A stretch of 56,709 nucleotides of DNA from Octopus bimaculoides (lineage: Eukaryota), in the NCBI RefSeq assembly GCF_001194135.2, contig NC_068981.1, positions 88,051,947 through 88,108,655 of the forward strand, read 5' to 3'. Each line of letters begins with the position of its first letter. Position 1 is the first letter of the stretch. Positions 1-11,307 of this stretch are shown here, in pieces. A program made the position numbers and the translations under genes. Below the pieces are notes generated by a model. The model was not told where the DNA came from. It made no database searches and saw nothing but the letters and a program-made list of their open reading frames with translations.

Positions 1-161
1 TGTAGTAAAATGTCATTGATATATATGGCGGACATGATTCTTGTTTATTCATAACGAACATTGGGTGAGTGCGTTCTTTGTATGTAATTGAATAATAAAT
101 GTAATAATTAAATTGGACAACTCGTTGTGTTATCTCTGCGAGTCTTCCGAGGGAAATACAA
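1..161 (+). mobile_element. Possible short solo LTR or LTR 3' end
   Basis: Begins TGTAGT at the window edge, contains AATAAA and ends ...GAAATACAACA (TG...CA pattern). No internal domain or second LTR is visible. Confidence 0.25.
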
Positions 162-409
162 CAATTCCCCTTCTCTTCTCTGTACCACTTATATTCCCTG
201 TAGGTATGTCCTAATGCATCTCCAACACTATTTATTTTTGTTTCTCTCTGTCTCTCTTTTTCTTCTAGGGTAGCCAAGTATCTCCTCTATAGTAAAATAC
301 CTATTTCTATCCCTTTTATACTCTAACCTCTTACCTGGTACAAAGCTACTTCTCTCAGTACTACTCCCTCTCCCAGCTGAGATGTCTTTGTCTTGCATGT
401 TACTTGCAC

Positions 410-591
410 TGGTAGTGCCATGTAAAATGCATCAGTGCTGGTGTCACACTAAAAGCACCAAGTACACGCTGTAAAGTGGTTGGTGTCAGGAAGGGATTCC
501 AGCTGTAGAAACCACATCAAAGCAGACAATGAAGCCTAAAGCAGCTCTCTAGCTTGCCAGCTCCTGTCAAACTGTCCAACCCATGCTAGCA
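410..591 (+). mobile_element. RTE-3'UTR-type short repeat (family A) fragment
   Basis: Matches the family core (GGAAGGG.ATCCAGCTGTAGAAAC ... GTCCAACCCATGCTAGCAT) seen at 3370-3820, 38700-39130 and 54935-55240. Confidence 0.75.
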
Positions 592-1559
592 TATATCCTG
601 AGATAACATCTGTTATAGACATGCTGTGTTAAAAACACAGTAAATATCATCAGGAGATGAAAAATTACCTCAGCAATGGACAGCAAGAACACAAGATACC
701 TTTTGTGTCCAAAATGTATTTGTTGCTCCATGCTTACACAGTTAATAGGTCAGTTACACACACACATAACACTCAGAACAGGTGCAAGTTATCAAGATTT
801 GATTGATCAGTGGCACAATTAAAGTATGAAGAACGTTGTAAAATTAAATTTTTTAATTAATCTGTTCAATTAACAATAATAGTGAGTGTCAGCGCAGTAA
901 GTTCCTAAGAAGGAATAATACAATCTAGTTTTAACCCCCAGTTGAAGTCATTTTCACTTTAAAAGTCTGAATATTACAACCTTTATTTAACTATGCTCAA
1001 GTAAGGCTCATTATGGAATATTGCTCTCATGAAATATTGTATCTCTGGGGTGGTGATGGCACTGCATCTAGCAAAAGCTACCCAAATGATTGATATAAAG
1101 TCACTCAGAGACACACTCCAGCCTCTACTCCCAGGAATGGTGTCTCTTCTCTCTGCCTTTTCTACTGCTACTATAATAGCCTCTGCTCCTTGGAGTTGGC
1201 TGGTCTCATGCTACTTTCACCAAGGCATTCTCATCCAACTATTTTCTCCATCTTCTCCCTTATTCTCTCCAACACTTCCTACCAAATCACTATACCCAGT
1301 TCTTCCTTTCCAGAACACTATGCCACCTCCTACACACAGGTAATATTGTCACGATATTTCCCCCAACTATTTTTAGAATGATTCAAATAATGAACCTTCT
1401 TGAGTTTTTCAACCTCATTATTTGTTTGATTTCACTTTTTTTGTATTATTGAGTACTTTAGAATCATCATTGTCATCATCAACATCATTGTTGTCACCAT
1501 CGTCATCATTGCTTGTTGTCACCATCGTTATTGTTGCTGTTGTCACCATCATTGTCATC

Positions 1560-1760
1560 ATTAAGGCAGCAAGCTGGTAGAATTGTTAAAGCATTAGAAA
1601 AATTGCTTAGTGGAGCTTGCTCCAACTCTTTACATTCTGAGTTCAAAACCGACGTCAACTTTGGCTTTCACCTGCCAATTCTAAGAACTGGGGTTGATGG
1701 TATTATCTAACCCACTCTCCACAAAATTGCTGTCCTTGTGCCTAAATCAGAAACCATTAC
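1560..1760 (+). mobile_element. tRNA-headed SINE family B (degenerate)
   Basis: AAGGCAGCAAGCTGGTAGAAT head and CTGAGTTCAAA box, similar to the copies at 4070-4510. Confidence 0.6.
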
Positions 1761-2032
1761 TATAATTAGCAGGGGTGTATATTCCAGGTGTGCTAGGTGC
1801 ATGCAGCACACCCATCGAAATAGCAAATTCATTATAAATATTAACCTTACTCATAAATTTAATCACAAATCTTAAGGGAAAACTGTTATACACCTGAAAT
1901 TTAGTGGCATTGAGTGTGGCAGCACACCCAATACAACAACCACCATATGCCACTGATAATTATTATTGTACAACAATATGTACTCCATAAGTTTTACTTT
2001 AATCATATATCTATATACAATTTCCTTGTTAT

Positions 2033-2140
2033 TCATCATCATCATCATCATCGTTTAACGTCCGCTTTCCATGCTAGCATGGGTTGGACGATTTGACTGA
2101 GGGCTGGTGAAACCGGATGGCAACACCAGGCTCCAATCTA
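2033..2140 (-). mobile_element. Family A 3' end with (GAT)n tail
   Basis: (CAT)n followed by CGTTTAACGTCCGCTTTCCATGCTAGCATGGGTTGGACG, the reverse complement of 3760-3820. Confidence 0.85.
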
Positions 2141-2157
2141 ATTATCTGTTATATATC

Positions 2158-2350
2158 TAAAGGCGGTGAGCTGAATCTTTAACACACTAGGCAAAATACT
2201 TACAGGAATTCTGTCCATCTTTACATCCTGAGTTCAAATTCTGCTGTGGTTGGCATCCTTTTGGGGTACCAGTTGAGTGCTGAGGTCAATGTAATTGACT
2301 TATCTCCTTCCCCTAAATTGCTGGCCTTATGCCAAATTTTGAAACCAATG
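2158..2350 (+). mobile_element. tRNA-headed SINE family B
   Basis: AAGGCGGTGAGCTG head, CTGAGTTCAAATT box and GGGTACCAGTTGAG...GATGTAATTGACT core. Confidence 0.65.
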
Positions 2351-2989
2351 TTTGTTATATGTCTATTGTTAAGTGAACCAAGAGCCCAGTGAGCTGGTTA
2401 GCACACTTTGTTTCTTATCTCTTTGGTGAAAAACTTTCAAAATTGTGGAATTCTTGCTTTCAACAAACAACCAACTGACCAACCAGCTAGAGAGGAAAGG
2501 CAAGAGAGTTTTGAAAGGAAGGTAAATGAAGACTTTTCCCCCCTCCAAAGTACAAAATCTAAAAAATAACATGTACAGAAACAACAATAACATGCCAAAT
2601 AATGAGAACAGCAAACTGTCATATGTCGCCAAGACACTTGCAGCATTGGCTAACAACAACAATAGTAAAACAGCAAGCAAAGCAGCGTATCATGACAATG
2701 AAAGCACTATTATCACCCCCACCACCACACCCATCGTCGCCATGGTTGTTAGCAGTGACAGCAATTATAACAGAAACAAACCAAAGCTAACAAATGACAC
2801 CACTGAAAGCAAAACCACAAAAACTAAATTTTATACAAAAAGTGGTATCAAATAACATACAGATTTCTATGGCAGCCAAACACACCAATGTAAAAATCAC
2901 AAAACATCTTGTAAAACTATACAAACAAAAAGCCTGCAAACTAATTGGAAGCAACTCCAGATGCATCACTGAGAAATTGGCATGCAGAA

Positions 2990-3820
2990 ATGGCCATACA
3001 TGCCTTAGTGGAAAGACGCTGGTATGAAATATAAACGGAAGTAAACTTCATTACCAGGGATGTTAAAGTGATATCCCTCAAAGAAGCCCTTGCAATTAAA
3101 CATTGTGTTGTCTCCTCTAAGAGTGAAGAATTTATTCTCTTTTTGGGAAGACAACAAAGGTGAAAATATCTGGTGTACCACCAGAGCCAGATATCTGGTG
3201 AGTCATCCTGGAGGGACGTCACATTTTATTGGATGTTAAAAAAATATAGGTCCAGAATAGATTTGAAGGTCCTATTACAGGAGAAATCAGAAAACCTAGG
3301 AAAGATCCTGGACCTAATTGAACTGCTGAATGAGGCAGATCCAGCTATTTGCTGAGTACATGGCACCTGTACCAGTGGAGCACTAAGAGCACTGTTCGAG
3401 CGCGATCGTTGCCAGAGCAGCTGTCTGGCTTCCGTGCCGGTGGAATGTAAATAGCACCAGTGTGATTGTTACCAACGTCACCTTCCTGGCACTTGTGCCA
3501 GTGACACATGAAAAGACATTCGAGCGAGATCGTTGCCAGTGCTGATGGATTGGCCCCTGTGCAGGTGACACGTAAAATACACCATTTCGAGCGTGCCTGT
3601 CACCAGTACCGCCTGATTGGCCCTCGTGCCGGTGGCACATAAAAGCACCCACTACACTCTCAGAGTGGTTGGCGTTAGGAAGGGCATCCAGCTGCAGAAA
3701 CTCTGCCAAATCAGATTGGAGCCTGGTGTCGTCTCCTGGTCCACCAGTCCTCAGTCAAATCGTCCAACCCATGCTAGCATGGAAAGCGGACGTTAAACGA
3801 CGATGATGATGATGATGATT
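2990..3820 (+). mobile_element. 5'-truncated LINE (RTE-like) end with family A 3' UTR
   Basis: A decayed coding-like stretch runs into ~5 tandem ~60-bp units, then the conserved family A tail and (GAT)n. Same architecture as the RTE at 38700-41808. Confidence 0.6.
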
Positions 3821-4069
3821 TTGAAGAACATCCCACAACCCTCCTTCACCTGGAATAGACAGGCTAGCTGTCTTTGTCTGGTGGCAAAAGAAATTGCTTG
3901 GTAGATGAGAATGAAAAGCTGAAGACAGACATTCTCCTATTTGGCAAAACTCATCAACTTTCTCAAGTTTCACAAAAGGGGTTGTCATCAATGTAATTGA
4001 TTAGCCCCCAACCCCAAATTCATGCCTTGTGCCTATATTGGAAAGTATTATCATCATTACTATTATCAA

Positions 4070-4510
4070 CAATGAGGGTGGCGAGCTGGCAGAATCGCTA
4101 GATCACTGGGAGAAATACTTAGCAGTATTTTGCTATGTTTTGAATTCAAATTCCGCCAAGGTCAACTTTGTCTTTCATCCTTTTGGGGCTGATAAATTAA
4201 GTACCAGTGAAATTTTGGGGTCGATGTAATTGACTAGTTCTCTCCCGCGAAAAAAAAACATCAGGCCTTGTGCCAATAACAGAAAGGATTATTATCATTT
4301 TTATTAAGGCGGCGAGCTGGCAGAATCATTAGCATGCCAGGCGATATGCTTAGCAGCATTTTGTCTGTCTCTACATTCTGAGTTCAAATTCCATTGAGGT
4401 TGACTTTGCCTTTCATCATTTTGGGGTCAATGAAATAAGTACCAGTTGAGTACTGGGATGGATGTAATTGACTATACTCCTTTCTGATAGTTTCTGCCTA
4501 AGTCAGAAAC
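4070..4510 (+). mobile_element. Two tandem family B SINEs (central domain resembles Deu/Nin type)
   Basis: Two copies of GGCGAGCTGGCAGAATC ... TTCAAATTCC ... GACTTTGCCTTTCATC..TTTGGGGTC.ATAAAATAAGTACCAG. The domain name is from memory, not from a search. Confidence 0.75.
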
Positions 4511-4639
4511 TATCATTATTATTGCTGCTGTTGACAACTGATAAGTCCTTTAACCTCTTAGGGTTACGCAGCCATGCAGCATATCTAGGGTGAGAAAGCC
4601 TGGTGGAGCCCATCCCTCTCTAGGCTAAACTCATTTCTA

Positions 4640-4915
4640 TAGCTGAGAGGACTGGAGCAACATGAAGTGAAATGTTTTGCTCAAGAACAACGGATTGCCC
4701 GATCCAGGGATTGAAACCACAATCTTACAGTTGTGAATCCAACACCCTAACCACTAAGCAACACACCTCAACTAGTGGTAAAGCTGAGTGAACTGAGCAA
4801 TGTGAAGTGAAATGTTTTTGCTCAAGAACACAATGCATCGCCTGATCCAGTAATTGAAACCACAATCTTACAATTGTGAGTCCAATGCCCTAACCACTAA
4901 GCCATGCACCTCCAC
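4640..4915 (-). mobile_element. Two head fragments of a tRNA-derived SINE (family D, OR1-like)
   Basis: GCTGAG.GGACTGGAGCAA...TGTTTTGCTCAAGAACA...ATTGAAACCACAATCTTAC...ACCCTAACCACTAAGCC occurs twice. Its reverse complement is a tRNA-like A/B-box head. Confidence 0.8.
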
Positions 4916-4929
4916 TGCTGTTGTTACAA

Positions 4930-5345
4930 ATTACTATTATTACTGTAATGGAAGTCTGTTTGGGTTCGTCAGTGACGCTGGATATGGGAGTGGAGTCCAA
5001 AGGCGGATGCGCAGACATGGCAATATGTTGGGCATGTAACAGCAGAAGTAGGCTTGGGGATCCTCTCTTTTCAGGCTTGTCGCTTCTGGTCCAGGCTCTT
5101 GAGGTGAGCAATTCCCAGCCACGGGCTGAAATGCTGCAGGCCTCAGGGGAAGTTTTCAGGCTATCCTCGTATCACCTCAATGGCCTTCCAGGGTTTCTTG
5201 CTCCAGAAGCCAGCTCAGAGAAGAAGATCATCTTTGGTAGACATGCGTCGTCCATTCGGACAACATGTCCGACCCACCAAAGCTGGGCCTTCATGATGAG
5301 GGCTTTAACTGTATACAACACTCTTCCTGATGCCTGCATGAGGGT
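4930..5345 (-). mobile_element. RTE (BovB-like) LINE, ORF C-terminus fragment
   Basis: Translates as ALIMKAQLWWVGHVVRMDDACLPKMIFFSELASGARNPGRPLR*YEDSLK, the typical RTE C-terminal motif. Confidence 0.8.
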
Positions 5346-5429
5346 ATAAGAATATAATTAAATGTGTACTCACACACAGAGCACAGGAAGAAGAGATGAG
5401 TTACCAGGTGGAAATATTAATGTACGAAT

Positions 5430-5696
5430 TAAAATGATAGTGATGATGGGAGATGGTTGGTGGTTTAGTATCGCTTCTTCAGAGCTTTCCAGATGTCGGC
5501 TACTTACATTAATTACTGCTTTCACAGGTGGGTGACGGACTTCAATCTTCATTCTCTGACCTTTGAGTTTCATAAACTTCTTTATCTGGCATGTCTTCAC
5601 CATTTCAAATTCTTTCATGTACGACTTTTCTAGATCTTGGATTCTCTTTCTATCATCATCTTTACTTTGAGAATTTGGCTTTAGGATCAACACCAC
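5430..5696 (-). mobile_element. Inverted N-terminal segment of a Penelope-like ORF
   Basis: ...RHPPVKAVINVSSRHLESSEEAILN matches the PLE N-terminal V.N.S...L...E..IL motif. It abuts the plus-strand RT. Confidence 0.6.
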
Positions 5697-6600
5697 TAAA
5701 ACCAGCCCTATGGTTGCGATATGTTGATGACACCTTCATACTCTGGCCCCAGTAGGAAGATGTCCAAGTGCTGTTAGATCATGTGAACTCAATAAAGCCA
5801 TCCATACAGTTCACAATGGAAAAAAAAAAAGACAATCAGCTAGCATACCTGGACGTATTAATAACACACACCAAGTATGGATTCAGGACAACCGTATACC
5901 GCAAGCCAACCTTCACTGGACGATACCTAAACTTCAACTCCCACCATCCATACAGTGTAAAGAGAGGAATTGCTCAGTGCCTAAAACATCGAGCAATGAA
6001 TATAAGTAGTGATCATGATACCCACCACGAAGAAATGATCAAGCTCAGTAACAATCTATTAAGCAACAACTACCCCAAAAGCATACTCTCCACTCCAATT
6101 ATGAAGAAAAGAGAGGATGAAACCGATAAACTGTCTACAGTCTGTCTACCCTATGTGAAAGGCCTCTCCGAAATGATACAAAAGATATGCGGCCCATATG
6201 ACATCAGGACAGTATTCAAAAGTAATACAACACTTCGCAAATATCTCCTTCGAGCAAAACCACCAATAGAAGAGAACATGACCAAGAACTGCGGATACTC
6301 CATCCCATGCAGCTGTGGTAAATTATACAAAGGCGAAACATCGCTAAGCTGTGACACGGGGAGATATTGATAAATCGGGTATAACTAATCATGTATGGAA
6401 AATGGAGACCATCTCCTCCTGTGGGATGAAGTTAAAATAATAGACAGAGAACACCACTGGAAAATACGAAAACTAAAAGAAGCAGTGCATATGCCAGGAC
6501 ACAACAACCTTCTAAGCAGACCGAATGCAGATATGAACAGCATAAGGGAACAGGTATTAAGGAAGGATAGGAGAATATTAGATTTATAAGCCCTAAAATT
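5690..6600 (+). mobile_element. Penelope/Poseidon-type retroelement: RT C-terminal half + GIY-YIG endonuclease (pseudogenised)
   Basis: KPALWLRYVDDTF, YLDVLI, TTVYRKPTFTGRYLNFNSHHP, then YSIPCSCGKLYKGET and WDEVKIIDREHHWKIRKLKEAVH. Frameshifts are present and the R..EH segment is deleted. Confidence 0.92.
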
Positions 6601-6618
6601 CACTCTATAATTGCCCAG

Positions 6619-6692
6619 GGGCATATGGTGTAGTGGTTAAAAGCGCGGTTTTACTAACTCCAAGATACCGAGTCCGATTCACGGCAGCGACC
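6619..6692 (+). other. tRNA-like Pol III head directly after the Penelope ORF
   Basis: TGGTGTAGTGG A box, a TTTACTAA anticodon-like loop and a GAGTCCGATTC B-box-like motif. Homologous to 44497-44567 and to the reverse complement of ~16555-16635. Confidence 0.7.
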
Positions 6693-6733
6693 TTAAACAT
6701 CAAAAAATACCTTAGGTTCGAAATTTCTCCAAT

Positions 6734-6777
6734 ACACCTGATGAAGGCTGGAGAGTATATCAGCCGAAAAGTTGTGT
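6734..6777 (+). ncRNA. Minimal type I hammerhead ribozyme motif
   Basis: ACAC-CUGAUGA-A-GGCUG(10 nt)CAGCC-GAA-A-AG-U-U-GUGU. Stem I is ACAC/GUGU, stem II is GGCUG/CAGCC, the catalytic core is intact and stem III is 1 bp. Confidence 0.75.
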
Positions 6778-6818
6778 TAACAACAAACAAGATAACATAT
6801 CCGTCAAATGTAAATAAT

Positions 6819-7625
6819 GTAAATTAATATATATGTACATTTTTAATCAACAAATTTATCGCATAAGCATTTTGCAACGAGAATGGGAGTCTGGCTGAAA
6901 TTGAAATGAAATTACGTGAGGCCTAAATATTGAAAGGGTGGGGAATCCTAGATTCATTAATTAAGCTACATTTGAATAACAACTTGTTGATTCAAGAAAG
7001 AGCGATTGAACGGCAGCGAAGAAATGGAACGATATTTAGGAAACTATTTCAAATATCCGACAGACGCTGGACACAGACCTTGTACAAACTAATTTTACGC
7101 ACCACATACCTAGATGGGCTTTTAGTATTTAATCTTTACTATTATCATAAAAATATTAAGACTAAATTGGCAGAGGTAAAGAATATGTACACCACTCGCT
7201 TTCAGTGAAACCAGGTGTGCGTATTCTTTACCTTCGCCTACTAAATTAATATACACGTACATGTTAATCGGCAAATTTATTGCATAAGCATTTTGCAACG
7301 AGAAGGGGAGTTAGGCTGAAATTGAAATGAAATTACATGTGGTCTAGGTAAACTTGATATTGAACGAAGGCGGGATTTATTAACTAAGATTTATTAACTA
7401 AGTCACATAACTTAGCTGTTGTTGATCCAAGAAAGAACGATTGATCGAGCAGTTGATTCATGAACGGCAGCGAAGAAATGGAACGATATTTGAGAAACTA
7501 TTTTAAATGTACGACAGACGTTGGATTAAGACCTTGTGCAAACAAAGTTTACGCACCACATAGCTAGATGGGCTTAGAAGAAAAGCCGTAGTATTTAATT
7601 ATTATTATAATTATAAAAATATTAT
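6819..7625. repeat. Two tandem copies of an unidentified ~380-400-bp unit
   Basis: Shared blocks GCATAAGCATTTTGCAACGAGAA, GAAATTGAAATGAAATTAC, GAACGGCAGCGAAGAAATGGAACGATATTT and CGCACCACATA.CTAGATGGGCTT lie ~420 bp apart. Further pieces occur at 11639-11802 and 16296-16903. Confidence 0.9.
7169..7239. mobile_element. 71-bp hairpin insertion with 8-bp TSD (mini-MITE-like)
   Basis: 25-bp arms at 7169-7193 and 7214-7238. ACTAAATT is duplicated at 7161-7168 and 7240-7247. Confidence 0.7.
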
Positions 7626-7811
7626 CGTTCTTACCTCGACTTGCAATCGGGTATCACTTGCAGATTATTGAATTCTTAACACAGGTTGTCACGAACTCTC
7701 TATCGGCACGTCTCACCTCTGCCACAGATAGCGTAAAAAAGATGGAAACTTTTTATCTCACTCGCCCACGTGACGTCATCTCTCCTCCCTTCCGGTCTTC
7801 CTTCCACCACA
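7626..7811 (-). repeat. 3' LTR (truncated at its outer end)
   Basis: About 80% similar by eye to 11453-11638. Starts TG on the minus strand after GGGGCGGCG and lacks the last ~50 bp seen in the other LTR. Confidence 0.8.
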
Positions 7812-10800
7812 CGCCGCCCCATGATCTAAAGATCACCGTTCCCGTCTCGTAATCGTCCATCCACATGGGGTGGAGGCGACCTTCCCTTAGAGATCTCCGT
7901 AGAGTCACAGGGCTGCCTTCCCCCTTCCCTTTATCATCGGAAGAGCTAATCACCTTTCGAATATCCAGGACGTGACGCAGCATTCCATCCACTGATACAT
8001 TATTCAGAGTATTGATTGCGGTCACCTTTCCTTTTTCTTACTGCGTTGTGCACCGAGCATTAAGGAGCTTCACCCATACTTTGTCTCCAGCCTGCACAGA
8101 TGTAATACTTTTCACCTCCAGCTGCTGCGGCACCACACTTGGGTGTTTCCATTTGTACTGGAATACGGCCCTGTGCGGGACTAACTCTTCGGCTTCCCTA
8201 CCCTGGGTGACATGTTGTACTACAAGACTGCCTTCATAGAGGAGATTCGTCCCTTCTCATCCATGGCTTTAATTGTACGGTGGTGCCGTTCCACAATTCC
8301 GCTTTCCACCTGGCCGGTATGCAACTCTGAAAAAGCGTCTTGTGCTCCACCTTCCGAGCATCTCCCTCAACTGCTCTGGGTGAAAAACTGCGCTGTTGTC
8401 CATCAAATAGTTCGTCTACAGGGCCCCTTTCTAAGAACACTGCATTCAGCACTTCTGCGACATCGGCAGCAGTCTTCACCCTGATATCTTTCCATATAGC
8501 CATTCGCCCCGGTCCACAGTCGACCATTGAAAGGAACACCTTTCCTCGATAGTGCGTCACGTCAATGGCTAGCCTCTTCTAGTCTTCCTATACCTGAACC
8601 TTTGCTGGTTTGTGTGTGCTCAGGACAGGATCAATCGATTGGCACCTATTACAATTCCCCACTATCCTCCGAATGCTCTCCCTGGTGACATCGGGGTTGA
8701 CGGTCCTAGTTTGCCAAGGCCTCATGTAACAACGACCTGTCCACCCTCCAGCCGACAAACCACTGCTACTCCCACTTGGAACATCCTCTACTGCTTTCAT
8801 CCCTCTGGTTTGAAAGTTTGCTTTATTCTTTTCCGAGGGCACGAACAGACATGCAGCTTGAGGTCGAAATCGGAAGCAAGCTCTCTCGGGATTCCCAAGC
8901 GATGCTTAATCACCATTTCCACGGCCCCTTTCGTGCGAATCATCTTCCGGTTGATCACTGACTCCACCCACCCTCGCGCTGTAGCAGAATCAGTCTGGAC
9001 CTCGACAGTTCGCAGTCCCCATCTCAATGCTAGGTTGACGCCCTTCAACACAATATCCAGTTCAGCTACATTGATATGGTTGAAGTCGTCCTTCTTTCTA
9101 AGTCACGCTGTGTCTTCCACCTCGACACCTCCTATTTCCAGCATTAGTCCCAATGCTATGCTGCTTGCGTCGCACCACATAATCCCTTTCTTTGTATCAG
9201 GCACGTACAAGTTGCCCTTCACTGGATCTTCTGCTCGCACTCTCTCCAAGATATCTCGCATCATCACCATCTTCTCTCGCACTTTATCACCCCAGTTCAC
9301 TCCTGCCCGCCTTTTGACATAGCTACATGCTGTTCGGAGCCATCCCGCGACAAGGTAGTGACCCACCAACTTCTCACACAATGAGAACAGTTCTTGCCTA
9401 TTTATATTCCGATTTAGCTCTGGGATCTGGTTTCCTCTGTGAAACACAAGCCTACCCACTTCGTCTCTTTCGAGCCTGAACCTCAACGCCGTATCTCCTA
9501 TAACCTCTGGCGGTTTTGTTGTCAGTCCGAACCTCCTAAGATGGTCCATAATTTCCTCTGCCGATGTCACATTCTCACCTACCAAGATATCGTCGATATA
9601 TGAGCTGGTAGCTTGCTCCACTTTGGCCTCTTTGACCAAAACTGCCTTGAGTACCTTCGCCATGATTTTTGGCGTTGAACTCAAGCTGAAACCCAGTCGA
9701 GTCAGGCAGTACGTCCTGCCCCTGTACCTCACTAGTTGGTACTTCCACAACTTCTCTGGTGCATGGAGCTGCAGATAGGCCGACTTGAGGTCAATGATCG
9801 TAGTCTCCCCCCTTTTTCGCCTCCACTCACGAAGGATTTCTCCACACACGTCTGCTGCCTTGCCAGCCATATGACAGGACACATTAGTTCAGTTCCCTGA
9901 AGTCTAGCACCGGTCAAACCTTACTTTTTGTTATTAGCGGTAGTACACCGCCTGTCGTTTTCTGACTCCACGGCATCAGAATACCCTCCTCTATCCATCT
10001 GTTCACCTCTGTCTCGAACTCAAATCTGGCTTCTCCTTTCAGGGTGTGGTCATTGCAGCTTAACCTGTTTCTTAGTACGGGAGATTCTCCTTTCAAGAAG
10101 TACTCCACCGTCCACGTTTCGCCGTCGAACTCAGCAAGGAAGTCCTCGTCTCCAACGGAAGACCCTGTCTGTGCCAGTTATCTGTCACTCTTACAGTCTT
10201 CTTCGCCCGCTCTACACCCATGGCACACAGCACACCGGTCACTAAACTACTCCTGCCCCGCCAACCATCACAACTCCTAATCGTGTGATCACGTCCATTC
10301 CGACCACTATGTCGGCACTGTCCACCACCTCATCAACTACAATCACCTACAGCCTCAACAGAGACACCTGTTTCTCCATTTCCACGTCGCTGGCCCCTCT
10401 ACATTTGACCTCCCTACCATCTACCGCTCTGAGCCTGGTGTTTCTTCTCCAGCTCTCAACCATTCTTGCGGTCACCAGAGTAGTTATGCAACCTGTATTC
10501 ACGAGGGATCATGCTACCCTCGCCCCCACCATAAGCCTCACTACAGGCAACGTTCGGTGGTGCACCTTCAATTGGTAGTGGAGGGAACTAGCGGTACAGT
10601 AATCCCCCTTTGTTCATTTTTCTGCTTGCAGTTATTCTCTATGTGCCCAGGATAGCCGCATTAGAAACACACCACCATTGGCTTCAGTTCCGTGCGTTCC
10701 TTGACCATGTGCGGAATTCGACATCTGAAGCATGATCCCTTGGCCATTCGCCTCACCAGACTCTTGCTGTCGTTGTTTGCTGCCTGCCTCTTCGTCCTGC

Positions 10801-11307
10801 TAGTATCCGCCGTCACGTCGCGAGTGTCACTAGGTGACAACACCCGCTGTTTATCAATCATTTCTCCTACCAACATCGTTTCGGTGTCCGGCATCTGCTG
10901 CAGACGTACAGAGATATGGTAGGGGAAGCCGGTCACAAAAGCCAGCTTCACCATCCGCTTTATCGCTGCTCTAATAAACCCTGCTAGGCCCACCAACCTC
11001 CTAGTCTCGCTCACGTAATCATCTATCTGCTCGCCGGTCCCTCTCACTCTTCCGAGCTTGCTGTAGGCTTTAAAAGCCCCCACCCCGTTTCAGCCTCTCT
11101 TCAATTTTTCCAGTTTTTCTTGGTCCGCCTCATCCATCTCCAAGTAGAGATTGAGTGCACTGCCTTCTAAGTACAACGGCATAAAGCTAGCCACATCTAT
11201 TCCCTGTAACTTTGCCGCGAGTCTCACCTTTATCCAGGCCACCACATCGCCTTCTCCAGTGAACAGTCTCAACACATCACTACCGATTCAGATTTTTGTG
11301 GCTATTA

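Noticed and set aside
2526-2855. 109-aa Asn/Thr/Lys-rich ORF
   Set aside because: It derives from AAC/ACC low-complexity sequence, with no domain or splice support.
3370-3660. CRISPR-like regularly spaced repeats
   Set aside because: These are degenerate tandem ~60-bp units of an RTE 3' UTR with no unique spacers and no cas genes, in an animal genome.
6819-7250. Helitron interpretation of the tandem unit (3' hairpin + CTRR)
   Set aside because: The hairpin is too long, occurs in only one unit and has its own 8-bp TSD, so it is a secondary insertion.
9103-9105. Programmed readthrough or selenocysteine at the in-frame TGA in pol
   Set aside because: It sits where Trp is expected (TGG to TGA) in an element with other stops and frameshifts, so it is ordinary decay.
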